Assembly: GCA_051005875.1 (NCBI GenBank)
Contig: JBPCIX010000022.1
Location: 3,537-67,536, forward strand
Reading direction: 5' to 3'
DNA length: 64,000 nucleotides
DNA from: Actinomycetota bacterium
GTDB taxonomy: Bacteria; Actinomycetota; CADDZG01; JAHWKV01
How positions within the stretch are numbered: the stretch's first letter is position 1; every line of letters starts with the position of its first letter. Positions 29,754 to 41,524 of the stretch are shown here, one piece after another. A model generated the notes under the pieces. It did not search any database and was not told the DNA's origin. It saw only the letters and a program-made list of their open reading frames with translations. The position numbers were made by a program, and so were the translations under genes.

Positions 29754-32700
29754 TACTCCACGAGAGCTGCTGGGCCTAGAACGGATTTGATTTCGGCGTA
29801 GAGGCCGCTGCGCTGCTCTACCGTGTAGCCGCCCCCTAGTTTCAGGATTGTGCTGCTTGCAGTACCCGCCAGGTGCAGCAACACGGGCGAGGGGCCCGGA
29901 TGCGACGAAAGTACGGTTTTCAGCTCCTCGATGCGGCCGGGCGTGCAGTCCCCCGCAGGAATCTTGATCCTTAACGGTGAACCCTTTGCCGTGAAGTCGG
30001 GCCTTTTAAAGCGGTTTGCGGTCAGAATCGGGTGATCGTCGCGGATCTCGACCCTGCCCTTAATGAGCACGACCGTGTCCTCGACCAGCAGTGTTGGGTC
30101 GGTTTCCTCGACGGTCCTAGGCCAAATGTTCACTTCGACCGACGACTCCATGTCCTCAAGCATCGCATTCAGCCAAAGGTCGCCCTTCTTGGTGAACTTG
30201 CGAATGACTCGCGTGAGGATCCCTCCCACAGTTCTGATCGCGCCGTCGGAAGCTTCAGCCAGTTCCGAGATCTTGCATTCGGCCTGGTAAAGCAAAGCCG
30301 ATTCAATTGCGGCCAGCGGATGTTCCGATACGTAGAACCCGAGCATCTCTTTTTCGGCCCTCAACAGCTCGGCTTTCGAGATTTCAATTCCGGTCAGAAT
30401 CGACTGGAAGTTGCTGGCCGTGCGGGTGCTTGCAGGGTCGGACCCTCCGCCGAATAACGAAAACTGGCCGGCGTCTTCACTGCGACGCTCGGCGATAATT
30501 GCTTCAATCGATCTAGCCGCCTGTTCGGAGATACAAAGGCTCCCCGGATTCTTGGGGTCCGGCGTGAGCAGCGCGCAGCGCTCGACCTTTAGGCAGTCGA
30601 AGGCGCCTGCCCGTGCAAGGCTTTCCACAACCTTCTTGTTCAAGCAGCTCGGGTCGGCTTTCTTGCAGAAATCACCAAAACCGGTGAAGTCCCCTTTGGT
30701 TTCTCGAGCGGCGATGATCCGCTCTGCGACAGCTTCGCCCACATTTCTAATGGCGGAGAGGCCGAACAAGACCTGCTTCCCGCGAGGGGTAAAGTCCATG
30801 CCCGATTCGTTCACATTGGGCGGCAACACCTCGATGCCCAAAGTGCGGCACTCGGCCAGATAGATCGGCATCTTGTCGACTCGGTCTTTGGCCGAGGTCA
30901 GCAGGGCCGCCATGTACTCCACCGGGTAATGGGCCTTGAGCCAAGCCGTCTGATAAGCGATAAGCCCGTACCCGTTCGCGTGAGCCCGGTTAAATGAATA
31001 GCCCGCGAAGGGCAGGATGAGATCCCACAGCCCCTTCGATTCGATATCGGTCAAGCCGCTTGCTTTGCAACCTTGCGCAAACTGGCCCTTCCACTTCACC
31101 AGCTCGTGGCTTTTCTTTTTGCCGATGGCGTATCGCACCATGTCGGCGTCCTGGGGGGAGAATCCTGCGACATGCTGGAGCATCTCGGTCACCTGCTCCT
31201 GATAGACGATCACACCGTTGGTGTCGCCGAGCACTCCCTCGAGCATCGAATGAAAGTACGTGATCGAGCTTGGGTCGTGCTTGCCCTTCACGTAACGGCC
31301 GATCTCTTCCATCGGTCCGGGCCGGTAAAGGGCAATCAGGGCGGCGATTTCTTCAAAACGGTCGGGTCTAAGGCGGCGACATAGCCTGGTCATGCCCCCC
31401 GACTCCATCTGGAAGATGCCTGCCGAGTGGCCGTCGGTCAGCAACTTGAACGAGGCGGCGTCGTCAAGAGCAAGGCCCTCAATGTCAATGCTCTCACCCC
31501 GGTTGTTTTTGATGTGATCCAGGGCGTCTCCGATTACGGTCAGGTTTCGAAGACCCAAAAAGTCCATCTTTAGCAACCCGATTTGCTCGATGGCCCCCAT
31601 CTCGTATTGAGTGACCACTTCACCATCGGTCTTTTGCACCGGAGCGTGGTTCGTTATGGGCTGGTCGCTGATCACCACACCGGCCGCATGGACTGAGTGC
31701 TGTCGGCGCAGGCCTTCGAGCTTGCGGGCAGTGTCGATTACCTCGCGGCTGGTCTCCTCGGTCTCATACATCTTCCGCAGCTCGGTGGCGTTGGGGTAAG
31801 CATCGTTCTTGCCCGTGTTGGCAGGCCATTCGTATTTGCTCTCGAAGCAAGCTGCGAAGGGCGGCTCCTTGCCGAGCACGCTCGGCGGGTACATCTTTGC
31901 CAGCTTGTCGCCGACCGAATAAGGAAGGCCGAGGACCCGCGCCGCATCGCGGATCGCAGCCTTGGCCTTGATTGTTGAAAAGGTGATGATCTGAGCCACC
32001 CGGTCTTCGCCGTACTTTTGGGAAACATAGCGGATGACTTCGTTGCGGCGGCGCTCATCGAAGTCAATATCAATATCGGGCATGGACTTGCGGCCCGGGT
32101 TCAAGAATCGCTCGAAGCCGAGTTTCCACCTGAGGGGATCAAGTTCCGTTATTCCAAGCGCATACGCAACGATTGATCCACCGACAGACCCTCGGCCCGG
32201 CCCCACCCTAATGCCGTTGTTCTTGGCCCACTGAACAAAATCTGAGACCACCAGAAAGTAACCGGAATAGCCCATCTCTTCGATCACCTTCAGCTCCATG
32301 TCTACCCTGTCATCGACCACGGGAGTGACCGGCTGGTAGCGGCGGCGGATGCCCTCCTCGGTCAGCTTTCGCAAATAGCTCCCAAGAGTTTCGCCCGGCG
32401 GAGTCTCAAACACGGGCAGCAACAACTTGTACAGATCGATATCGACCTCGCACATCTCGGCCACCGCCAGGGTATTTTCCACAGCGCCCGGGTACTGGGC
32501 GAAAATCTCGGCCATCTCGGCGGGCGTCTTTAGATAGAACTCCTCAGTATCGAACTTCATCCGCTTTGTATCCGAGAGCATCTTGCCGGTCTGGATGCAA
32601 AGCAAAATGTCGTGAGCGCTGGCATCTTCTTTGTGGGTGTAGTGCGAATCGTTGGTCGCCACCAGCGGTATTCCCAATTCTTTACTGATCGCCGCTATTT

Positions 32701-33268
32701 CAACGTTCAGCGCGGCTTGTTCAGTAATGCCGTGATCTTGCATTTCAAGAAAGTACCGATCGCCAAAGATCTCGCGATACTCAGAAGCGATCACCCTTGC
32801 CCCGGCCCGGTCCCCCGCCAGAATCGTCTTTGGCAACTTGCCCGAAAGGCACCCCGACAAAGCGACTATTCCCTCGCAGTGTTTGCCCAGCAACTCACGA
32901 TCAACGCGGGGCCGGCGGGACCGAGAATCGTAGCCCTCGGTAAATCCGAGCGACGAGAGCTTGATCAGGTTGTGATAGCCGGTCTTGTTCGCCGCGATCA
33001 ACGTTAGGTGGTGATACCAGTCCTCGCGCTGAGCAGGCTTGTCGAACCTGCTCTTGGGGGCGACGTAGGCCTCCATCCCGATAAGGGGCTTGACTCCGGC
33101 AGCCTTGCCCTCAAGGAAGAAGGGGATGGCCCCGTACATCGCTCCGTGGTCGGTTAGGGCCAAGGCGGGCATGCCGAGAGCCTTGGCCCGTTCGAACATC
33201 TGCTTGATTCGGCTCGCGCCGTCAAGAAGGGAGTACTCAGAATGCGAATGCAGGTGCACGAAACTCAC
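29753..33268 (-). CDS. dnaE: DNA polymerase III alpha subunit
   Basis: 1171 aa with the PHP domain opening MSFVHLHSHSEYSLLDG, a polymerase core, and OB-fold C-terminal regions. Confidence 0.95.
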   Translation of the reverse strand: MSFVHLHSHSEYSLLDGASRIKQMFERAKALGMPALALTDHGAMYGAIPFFLEGKAAGVKPLIGMEAYVAPKSRFDKPAQREDWYHHLTLIAANKTGYHNLIKLSSLGFTEGYDSRSRRPRVDRELLGKHCEGIVALSGCLSGKLPKTILAGDRAGARVIASEYREIFGDRYFLEMQDHGITEQAALNVEIAAISKELGIPLVATNDSHYTHKEDASAHDILLCIQTGKMLSDTKRMKFDTEEFYLKTPAEMAEIFAQYPGAVENTLAVAEMCEVDIDLYKLLLPVFETPPGETLGSYLRKLTEEGIRRRYQPVTPVVDDRVDMELKVIEEMGYSGYFLVVSDFVQWAKNNGIRVGPGRGSVGGSIVAYALGITELDPLRWKLGFERFLNPGRKSMPDIDIDFDERRRNEVIRYVSQKYGEDRVAQIITFSTIKAKAAIRDAARVLGLPYSVGDKLAKMYPPSVLGKEPPFAACFESKYEWPANTGKNDAYPNATELRKMYETEETSREVIDTARKLEGLRRQHSVHAAGVVISDQPITNHAPVQKTDGEVVTQYEMGAIEQIGLLKMDFLGLRNLTVIGDALDHIKNNRGESIDIEGLALDDAASFKLLTDGHSAGIFQMESGGMTRLCRRLRPDRFEEIAALIALYRPGPMEEIGRYVKGKHDPSSITYFHSMLEGVLGDTNGVIVYQEQVTEMLQHVAGFSPQDADMVRYAIGKKKSHELVKWKGQFAQGCKASGLTDIESKGLWDLILPFAGYSFNRAHANGYGLIAYQTAWLKAHYPVEYMAALLTSAKDRVDKMPIYLAECRTLGIEVLPPNVNESGMDFTPRGKQVLFGLSAIRNVGEAVAERIIAARETKGDFTGFGDFCKKADPSCLNKKVVESLARAGAFDCLKVERCALLTPDPKNPGSLCISEQAARSIEAIIAERRSEDAGQFSLFGGGSDPASTRTASNFQSILTGIEISKAELLRAEKEMLGFYVSEHPLAAIESALLYQAECKISELAEASDGAIRTVGGILTRVIRKFTKKGDLWLNAMLEDMESSVEVNIWPRTVEETDPTLLVEDTVVLIKGRVEIRDDHPILTANRFKRPDFTAKGSPLRIKIPAGDCTPGRIEELKTVLSSHPGPSPVLLHLAGTASSTILKLGGGYTVEQRSGLYAEIKSVLGPAALVE

Positions 33269-33373
33269 GCGAGGCTCCCAGCGTCGGTCAGAAAAAGGGG
33301 AAGAAGTTGATTGTAAACTACAAGGGTGTAACTAAGTCCAATTTGGACCCCGGGGGTCGAGAAATAATAGCCG

Positions 33374-34297
33374 TTATAGGGACTGGAGGGTGCCTTCGAT
33401 TTGGGAATCGACTTCGCATAGGCCTATTCTTCCGGTTGTTTTTGCGGATTCCTTTATCCCAAGGCCTGAGTTTGGGGCGTACCAGGTTGTCATTTGGCGG
33501 GTTACGTCGAGCGTCCCCTGCGAGGATTGACCGGTTACCCGGGTGGTGCTTGAAATTCTAGTTGCCTGCACTGTTTGGCCTCGGGCCAAAGTTACCTGCT
33601 CATTTGTGGCTTCAATTTTGTTTTGGCTTTCGGCACGGACTTGGCCGTCTTTCGAGACCAGGCCGAACGACCAGGTTCGGCCTGGCTGGGCGCCCGCCGG
33701 GATGAGCAGCACCGGCGGGGCCGCCTGAAATTCGGTCGGCAAGGATGAAAGGAGCAGGGTTTGACTCTGGCTCAGGCTCACCAAGTAGATGCCATCCGCC
33801 CGGTACTCCACCTCGGCTTTTGTCAGGGCCCCATTGCCCGTCAGGTCCCTTTCGTCACGCTCCAGGAGCTGGCGAGAACCATTAAGCGCCCCCACTATCA
33901 GCTTGGTCGGGTTCGGTGGGGCCTGGTCGAGGGTGAGGCATCCCCTGATCTTGGTCAATCCGGTCGTGGCAAATAAGTACGTTCCTGCCGCAGCCGGTGA
34001 CAAGACGGGACCGGTTGCCGGCAGGTTGGTTGGGGCCGCGCCGGGGGCGCCGGGGGCCTTCGGGCCCTTGGGCGAGCCCGGTTTTGCCGGCCCCGCCGCA
34101 GGCGCGGGCGGCGAGGTGGGAATCGGAATTAAGGTCAGTCCACCGGACCCGCCCGGCGGGCTCGTTTGCGAGGCAGACGCCTCTGCGGGAGTGCCCTTTT
34201 TAGCAACCGGGTCTTTAACGACCGGGTCTTTGGCGCAGCCGGCGGCGGCCATTGAGAGCACAACCATCGCTGCAACGGACCCCGAGAATCTATTCAT
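33374..34297 (-). CDS. lipoprotein, hypothetical (last gene of the ABC operon)
   Basis: It has the lipoprotein signal VVLSMAAAGCAKDP, a Pro/Ala/Gly-rich linker of ~80 aa, then a ~200-aa beta-rich domain. It overlaps the permease gene end by 8 nt. Confidence 0.55.
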   Translation of the reverse strand: MNRFSGSVAAMVVLSMAAAGCAKDPVVKDPVAKKGTPAEASASQTSPPGGSGGLTLIPIPTSPPAPAAGPAKPGSPKGPKAPGAPGAAPTNLPATGPVLSPAAAGTYLFATTGLTKIRGCLTLDQAPPNPTKLIVGALNGSRQLLERDERDLTGNGALTKAEVEYRADGIYLVSLSQSQTLLLSSLPTEFQAAPPVLLIPAGAQPGRTWSFGLVSKDGQVRAESQNKIEATNEQVTLARGQTVQATRISSTTRVTGQSSQGTLDVTRQMTTWYAPNSGLGIKESAKTTGRIGLCEVDSQIEGTLQSL

Positions 34298-36800
34298 ATC
34301 CGATCGCCTCGATGATGTTTAGTTTGCCGGCGCGGTACGCCGGTTGCAGGCTCCCCAACACAGCCATTCCTAAACCGATAAGGAAAGCCCAAGCGGCCGG
34401 GGCCACTACAAACGTGTACTTGATCGGCATGCCGCCCTGCCTTGCCACGGCCGCAATTGCCGCTTTGTGGGCCACGAATCCGATCGCAACACCCAGAACC
34501 CCGCCCACAACCGCCAAAGCCAGCGCCTCTACCCCCACCATCCGCCTTAGCTGCCGGCGAGTTGTTCCAAGCGCCCGCAAAATCCCGAACTCCCGTTTTC
34601 TTTCCATAACCGAGATTAACAAGGCGTTGAAAATAGCCAGCGTTGCCGCGGCAACCACCACAGCCGCCATGGCATCGAAAAGGTGGTTGACCTGGCCCAC
34701 CGTTCCCTTGATCAGCCCCAGGTACTCCGATCCGCTGTTTAAATAAACCGGGGTTGGGGCGCCTGCGGTGATTTGGTTGATGTGCCTTCGGATCTGATTA
34801 GGGTCGGCCCCCTTTTCGAATGTCAACAGATAGTCGCTAACCCCGAGGCCGCCAAACCAATCCGTCATTTTGTTACGTCCAATTGAAATCAAACCTCGGT
34901 CCCACGTAAAGGAAGGCACCGACGAAATAACTCTTATGCGCTCCATGCCGGTTGGGGTAGGAACTGAAAGCAGGTCCCCCGTCTTCACATTGAACAACTC
35001 GCCAAAGCGAGCTGAGATTACTGCCCCCCGTCCCTGGTCGACAAGGTTTCTTTCGGCGACAGAAAGATGGGCCATCGCCGGCTCGGCCCCCAGCGAGTTA
35101 CCTATGCCCTGAACGAGCACCTTGTCGCCTTCGTAATTAACGAAGGCAAATGTATTGGTCGAGACGTTGGCCACACCCGGAATTTGTGCCAGCTCCCCCT
35201 CCCAGCCGGCGGGTAGCAGCACATCGGTGGCCAAATTCGTGCCCGCCGCCCCCGAGACAAACAGATCCACTGATCTGAGCGATGAAATTACTTCGGCAAC
35301 GGATGAATTCACATTGCGCGTCGCCCCCGCCTGCGCGACGACCATTCCCACTCCCGCCACCACCGCCACGCTCGTGGCCCAGGCCCGCCGCGGGGCTCGC
35401 TCCACCGCGGCTGAAGCCAGTCTTCCTACCGGGCCAAACCAAGACGCCAGCCTTGCCGTAATCTTGGCAAGCGGATAGGTCAAACCGTAGGTGCAGACTA
35501 TTGTTCCGGCCATAAAGGCCCCCATCCCTATGAATCCCATTGCCGCTGGGCCGCCTTCGGCGGATAGAAATCCCCCGACCATCAGAACCAATCCGACCAG
35601 AGTCGGGCCCCATGCCACGCCTTGAACCTGCTCCAGACTTTCAAGAATCCCCTCGGGTCTCATCGCATCCACGGGCGGAACTCGGATCGCGCTTCGGCCG
35701 GGGAGCCAGGCGGCGACCACCGAGGCAGCGATGCCGGCCAGCAACGCGCCTGGAATGGCCAGGGCGGGCACATGCAGGCGAACCACGACCTCGAGCTTCG
35801 AAGCGTAAAAGACTGGAATCGATTCCACCAATTTTTGGGCCGCAGCAAGTCCCACTGCCGCGCCCATGGCCGAGCCAACCAACCCCAGCAATGCGGCCTC
35901 GGAGAGAAAAATGGCAAGGAGGGCGCCCCTTCTTGCACCCAAAGCCCTGAAGGTTGCCAGCTCGCGTCTTCGTTCGAGGGCCGCCATGCTCATGGTGTTG
36001 AAGATCAAAAAGCTCCCGACTATCAAGGCGATGATGACTCCCATGACCATTCCGAACTTAAGGCTCTGGGTCGTTGACGAGGCTTGACGGGCTCGGCCTG
36101 CCGGTGAGTCGACGAATGCCTGACTGCCCGTAATCCTCGAAAGCCTGGCCTTGAGGGCGCCGATATTGCTCCCTTCAGACGCAATTACGAAAATGGAATC
36201 GAGGCGCCCTGGTTTGCCCAGAAGCTGTTGCGCAAGCGGGATCGGGGCCAGCGCGAAACGCCCTTCGTTGAACTCACCGCCCCGGCTGTCGATTATTCCC
36301 AGAACCGGCACCCTTACGGGGGCGCCGCCCGAGTACACCTGCACGCTGCCCCCCGGCGAAGCCCCTATTTGATCGGCCAGCGAGCGACCGATGAAAATTC
36401 CCGGCTTGCCGGCGCGCGCCGTTATTAGAGACTTTTCTTGCTCGGACAGGTTGGTACGGAGCGCCTCGGCTCTTTGGTCGAGCCCCAGGAACAAAACCGG
36501 CCGGCGATTTATGAGGGTCCGGGTACGTATGACCGGCACAGCGGCCGACACGCCGGCGACGTCCCGCACCCGAAAGAAAAGAGATTCATCGAAGCCCTTA
36601 TCGGCGACGGCCGTTACTTCGAGATCCGACAACCCCGACAGATCCTTTACGAAACCCTCGACTGAGCCGGTTAGCGATCCGAGCAATGCCAGGACCGCCA
36701 CAACCAGGGCGGCGCCAATTGCGACACCCGAAATTGAAAGCAACGTTCGGACACGGTGTTGCACCAAGCGGCGGAAGTTGAAGCGGATCAGGGTCATCAA
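34290..36800 (-). CDS. ABC transporter permease with two FtsX-type domains (MacB/YbbP-like)
   Basis: 836 aa. The pattern N-terminal TM, large extracytoplasmic loop, then 3-4 TM cluster occurs twice. It overlaps the ATPase gene by 4 nt. Confidence 0.8.
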   Translation of the reverse strand: MMTLIRFNFRRLVQHRVRTLLSISGVAIGAALVVAVLALLGSLTGSVEGFVKDLSGLSDLEVTAVADKGFDESLFFRVRDVAGVSAAVPVIRTRTLINRRPVLFLGLDQRAEALRTNLSEQEKSLITARAGKPGIFIGRSLADQIGASPGGSVQVYSGGAPVRVPVLGIIDSRGGEFNEGRFALAPIPLAQQLLGKPGRLDSIFVIASEGSNIGALKARLSRITGSQAFVDSPAGRARQASSTTQSLKFGMVMGVIIALIVGSFLIFNTMSMAALERRRELATFRALGARRGALLAIFLSEAALLGLVGSAMGAAVGLAAAQKLVESIPVFYASKLEVVVRLHVPALAIPGALLAGIAASVVAAWLPGRSAIRVPPVDAMRPEGILESLEQVQGVAWGPTLVGLVLMVGGFLSAEGGPAAMGFIGMGAFMAGTIVCTYGLTYPLAKITARLASWFGPVGRLASAAVERAPRRAWATSVAVVAGVGMVVAQAGATRNVNSSVAEVISSLRSVDLFVSGAAGTNLATDVLLPAGWEGELAQIPGVANVSTNTFAFVNYEGDKVLVQGIGNSLGAEPAMAHLSVAERNLVDQGRGAVISARFGELFNVKTGDLLSVPTPTGMERIRVISSVPSFTWDRGLISIGRNKMTDWFGGLGVSDYLLTFEKGADPNQIRRHINQITAGAPTPVYLNSGSEYLGLIKGTVGQVNHLFDAMAAVVVAAATLAIFNALLISVMERKREFGILRALGTTRRQLRRMVGVEALALAVVGGVLGVAIGFVAHKAAIAAVARQGGMPIKYTFVVAPAAWAFLIGLGMAVLGSLQPAYRAGKLNIIEAIGYE

Positions 36801-37480
36801 GCGGACTTCACGACTCCATCCTCCAGCACGATCAGCTGGTCCCCGATCGAGGCGGCTCTTCGGTCGTGAGTGACCATAATTACGGTCGTGCCGCCTTCAC
36901 CGGCTGTTTCCTTCAGCAATTCCAAAACGGCTTCGCCGGAGCGGGAGTCCAGGTTCCCTGTGGGCTCGTCGGCCAGAAGCAACACCGGGTCCGCTGCCAG
37001 GGCACGGGCTATTGCGACTCTTTGCATCTCGCCGCCGGAAAGCTGAGCGGGTCTATGATCCTGCCGTTTGGCAAGGCCGACCCTGTCGAGCAGTTCCACA
37101 GCACGCTCCCTGACATCGGCCAGCTTCCGGCCGTCCAGCAAAAGGGGAAGGGCCACGTTCTCCCAGGCGTTCATGGCAGGCAGAAGATTAAAAAACTGAA
37201 AGACGAAACCCAGCTTTCGCCTTCGAAACGCCGTGAGCTGTTCGTCGTTTAGCGAGACCAGGTCGGCGCCGTCGATGGTCACCTTTCCAGAGGTGGGCTT
37301 GTCGAGCGCCCCCAGCAAGTGGAGCAGAGTAGATTTGCCCGAGCCCGAAGGACCCATTATCGCGGTAAACGCGCCCGGCTCAACTTGCAGGGACACGCCG
37401 CTGAGCGCGGTTACGGTCTTGGGGCCAAGTTCGTATTGTTTCGTCAGATCAACAGCAGTGACGAGCGGCCGCTGGTTCAC
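36797..37480 (-). CDS. ABC transporter ATP-binding protein (MacB/LolD/FtsE-like)
   Basis: Walker A is [11 protein letters not shown], the signature is [15 protein letters not shown], Walker B is [12 protein letters not shown], and the H-loop is VTHD. Confidence 0.9.
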   Translation of the reverse strand: MNQRPLVTAVDLTKQYELGPKTVTALSGVSLQVEPGAFTAIMGPSGSGKSTLLHLLGALDKPTSGKVTIDGADLVSLNDEQLTAFRRRKLGFVFQFFNLLPAMNAWENVALPLLLDGRKLADVRERAVELLDRVGLAKRQDHRPAQLSGGEMQRVAIARALAADPVLLLADEPTGNLDSRSGEAVLELLKETAGEGGTTVIMVTHDRRAASIGDQLIVLEDGVVKSA

Positions 37481-38172
37481 CTTGCTCGAATAGTGGCCAA
37501 CACCGCGGCAAGGTCGGCGGGCAAAGGCTCGGTGAGCTTGATGATCTGCCTGGTGATGGGGTGGTCAAACTCAATTGACTCGGCATGCAAAAACGGCCGG
37601 TCCAGTCTCAGCTTGCGGGCGAGTTGGAACGTGCCCCTGCCGTAAACCGAGTCGCCTATGACGGCATGATTAATGTGCGCCAGGTGCACCCTGATCTGGT
37701 GCATCCTCCCCGTCTCGAGTTTGACCTCTAGAAGGCTCGCGTCTACGAAGGCCTCGAGGACTTTGAAATTGGTGAACGCCTTTTTGCCTTCTGACTTCAC
37801 GCTGCGCTGCTTGGGATTTTTGGTTGATCGCCCAATAGCCGCCTCAATTCGCCCCGTGGGAAGAGCGAAGGTCCCCCACACCAGCGCCATATAAATTCGA
37901 TTCACCTCGTGAGATTTCATCGCATGGGTGAGGCCGGAAAGAGCCTCGTCGGTCTTTGCGACGAGCATCAGTCCGGAAGTGTCCTTGTCTAAGCGATGTA
38001 CCACGCCGGGCCTGCCCGGCCCACCGCTCGGCGCCAGGGGCATGACCTCTTGCAGGGCGTCGACCAGAGTCGGCTTGCGATACCCGGGCGCGGGGTGCAC
38101 CACGACACCGGCAGCTTTGGCTATCACCGCCAGATGGTCGTCTTCGTACCGGACCTGAAAAGCCGGCATCAC
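37477..38172 (-). CDS. RluA-family pseudouridine synthase (no N-terminal S4 domain)
   Basis: The catalytic motif is HRLDKDTSGLMLVAKT and GR.HQIRVHLA is also present. At 231 aa it starts directly at the catalytic domain. Confidence 0.85.
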   Translation of the reverse strand: MMPAFQVRYEDDHLAVIAKAAGVVVHPAPGYRKPTLVDALQEVMPLAPSGGPGRPGVVHRLDKDTSGLMLVAKTDEALSGLTHAMKSHEVNRIYMALVWGTFALPTGRIEAAIGRSTKNPKQRSVKSEGKKAFTNFKVLEAFVDASLLEVKLETGRMHQIRVHLAHINHAVIGDSVYGRGTFQLARKLRLDRPFLHAESIEFDHPITRQIIKLTEPLPADLAAVLATIRAR

Positions 38173-38187
38173 TTCAGTACCTATTCG

Positions 38188-38682
38188 CTAAGCCTTAACC
38201 CGCAGATTCGCGAAAAACAAAATAGTCACACCAATCACAATGGCAGCATCCGCTAAATTAAATGTCGGCCAGAATGAAAGATAGATGAAATCAACCACTT
38301 TGCCGAGGCCAAGGCCCGGGTCCCGAAAGACTCTGTCGGCCAAATTGCCCAGCCCCCCGCCCAGCACCAATCCCAACGGAAGGGCGGGGCCCTCTCCCCG
38401 AACAAGCCATGCGCCGACCACAGCCATGATTACCAGGTTGAGTATGAAAATGACCATGCCGGCACCAGAAAAGAGCCCGAACGCGCTTCCGGAGTTTCTG
38501 ACCAGTCTGAATTGAAATACTTCGCCCACAAGGGCAATGGATCGGTTGTTATCCAGGGCCGTCAATGCCCAGGCTTTGCTTACCTGGTCCAACGCCAGCA
38601 CGAGGATCATCGTGAGCCCGGCAAAACCCAATGATCGATGCTGTTGTTGCGGCTCTACCTTCGCTCTTCGGCCTTCTTGCAC
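38188..38682 (-). CDS. lspA: lipoprotein signal peptidase (signal peptidase II)
   Basis: It has the NSGSAFG motif, VVDFI and FNLADAAI catalytic Asp regions, and four TM segments. Confidence 0.9.
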   Translation of the reverse strand: MQEGRRAKVEPQQQHRSLGFAGLTMILVLALDQVSKAWALTALDNNRSIALVGEVFQFRLVRNSGSAFGLFSGAGMVIFILNLVIMAVVGAWLVRGEGPALPLGLVLGGGLGNLADRVFRDPGLGLGKVVDFIYLSFWPTFNLADAAIVIGVTILFFANLRVKA

Positions 38683-39278
38683 TTAATGCACAGTAGAACA
38701 TGAGGGAGGGCTTTTAGCCGGTCGGCTGAAATGGGCTGACCGCAATTTTCACAAAGACCATAGGAGCCCTCGCTGATCTTTTCGAGGGCCTTATCGATCT
38801 TATCGACAAGATCGGAGATGTTGTTCGCGATCGACAGGTCCTTCTCGCGCTCAAAGGTGGCGGTGCCTGCGTCGGCATAGTCCTCGTCGAAGCCGACCTC
38901 GCCGCCGGCCTCAGTCTGTGACGGGCTAAAGGCGGCTTCCTCGATTTCCTCGAGCTGTTCGGTCAATTCGGCTCGCTGGGTGATCAGGCTCTTTTTGATC
39001 GAACTGAGAGTTTTCTTATCAAAGTTGACGCGCTTGGCGGGCCTTGACGCCTTAGTCGAAGCAGGCCCAGCCTTGGGCGTGGGCGTGGGCGTGGGCGTGG
39101 GCTTGGGCTTGGGGTTGGCCTTGGCTTTAACCGCGGGCTTGGGCTTGGGCTTAACCGAGGCCTTGCGCTTGGGCTTCACCGCTGGCTGAGCTTTCGGGCG
39201 AGTCTTCGACGCGGGGCGTACAGCCGCCTTGGGCTTGGCCTTTTTTGCGCCCTTAGATTTAGTGGTTTTTTTGACCAT
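38655..39278 (-). CDS. DksA/TraR C4 zinc-finger protein with Lys/Ala/Pro-rich N-terminal extension
   Basis: The C-terminus has a coiled coil plus CENCGQPISADRLKALPHVLLCIKCK (C-x2-C-x17-C-x2-C). The first ~85 aa are KKAKPKAAVRPASKTRPKAQPAVKPKRKASVKPKPKPAVKAKANPKPKPTPTPTPTPKA. Confidence 0.8.
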   Translation of the reverse strand: MVKKTTKSKGAKKAKPKAAVRPASKTRPKAQPAVKPKRKASVKPKPKPAVKAKANPKPKPTPTPTPTPKAGPASTKASRPAKRVNFDKKTLSSIKKSLITQRAELTEQLEEIEEAAFSPSQTEAGGEVGFDEDYADAGTATFEREKDLSIANNISDLVDKIDKALEKISEGSYGLCENCGQPISADRLKALPHVLLCIKCKKAEERR

Positions 39279-39326
39279 CCCTTAGCCCCTTGAGTTGCGG
39301 AAGTATACCCGATGGCAGATTCTATT

Positions 39327-39342
39327 GGGGCACCGGTGCCCC
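39327..39342 (-). terminator. GC hairpin after uvrB (possible U-tract-less terminator)
   Basis: GGGGCACCGGTGCCCC is a perfect palindrome 11 nt downstream of the uvrB stop. It has no U tract. Confidence 0.3.
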
Positions 39343-39352
39343 TGACCACTAA

Positions 39353-41353
<2,001 letters not shown>

Positions 41354-41524
41354 CTATCTAAGGTACTTCAATGAGAACAATTAACCGCCGGGGTGTGAAA
41401 TGAACCCAAAAGCGGGTACTAAACAGGCATGCTTGTTTCCCTTTTTGCAATTCCGACGATGTGGGCCCTTTTGTTGTGGCTGCTGCCGCGGCTCGAGAAT
41501 ATGGCACAAGCCCCTGAGGAGCTT

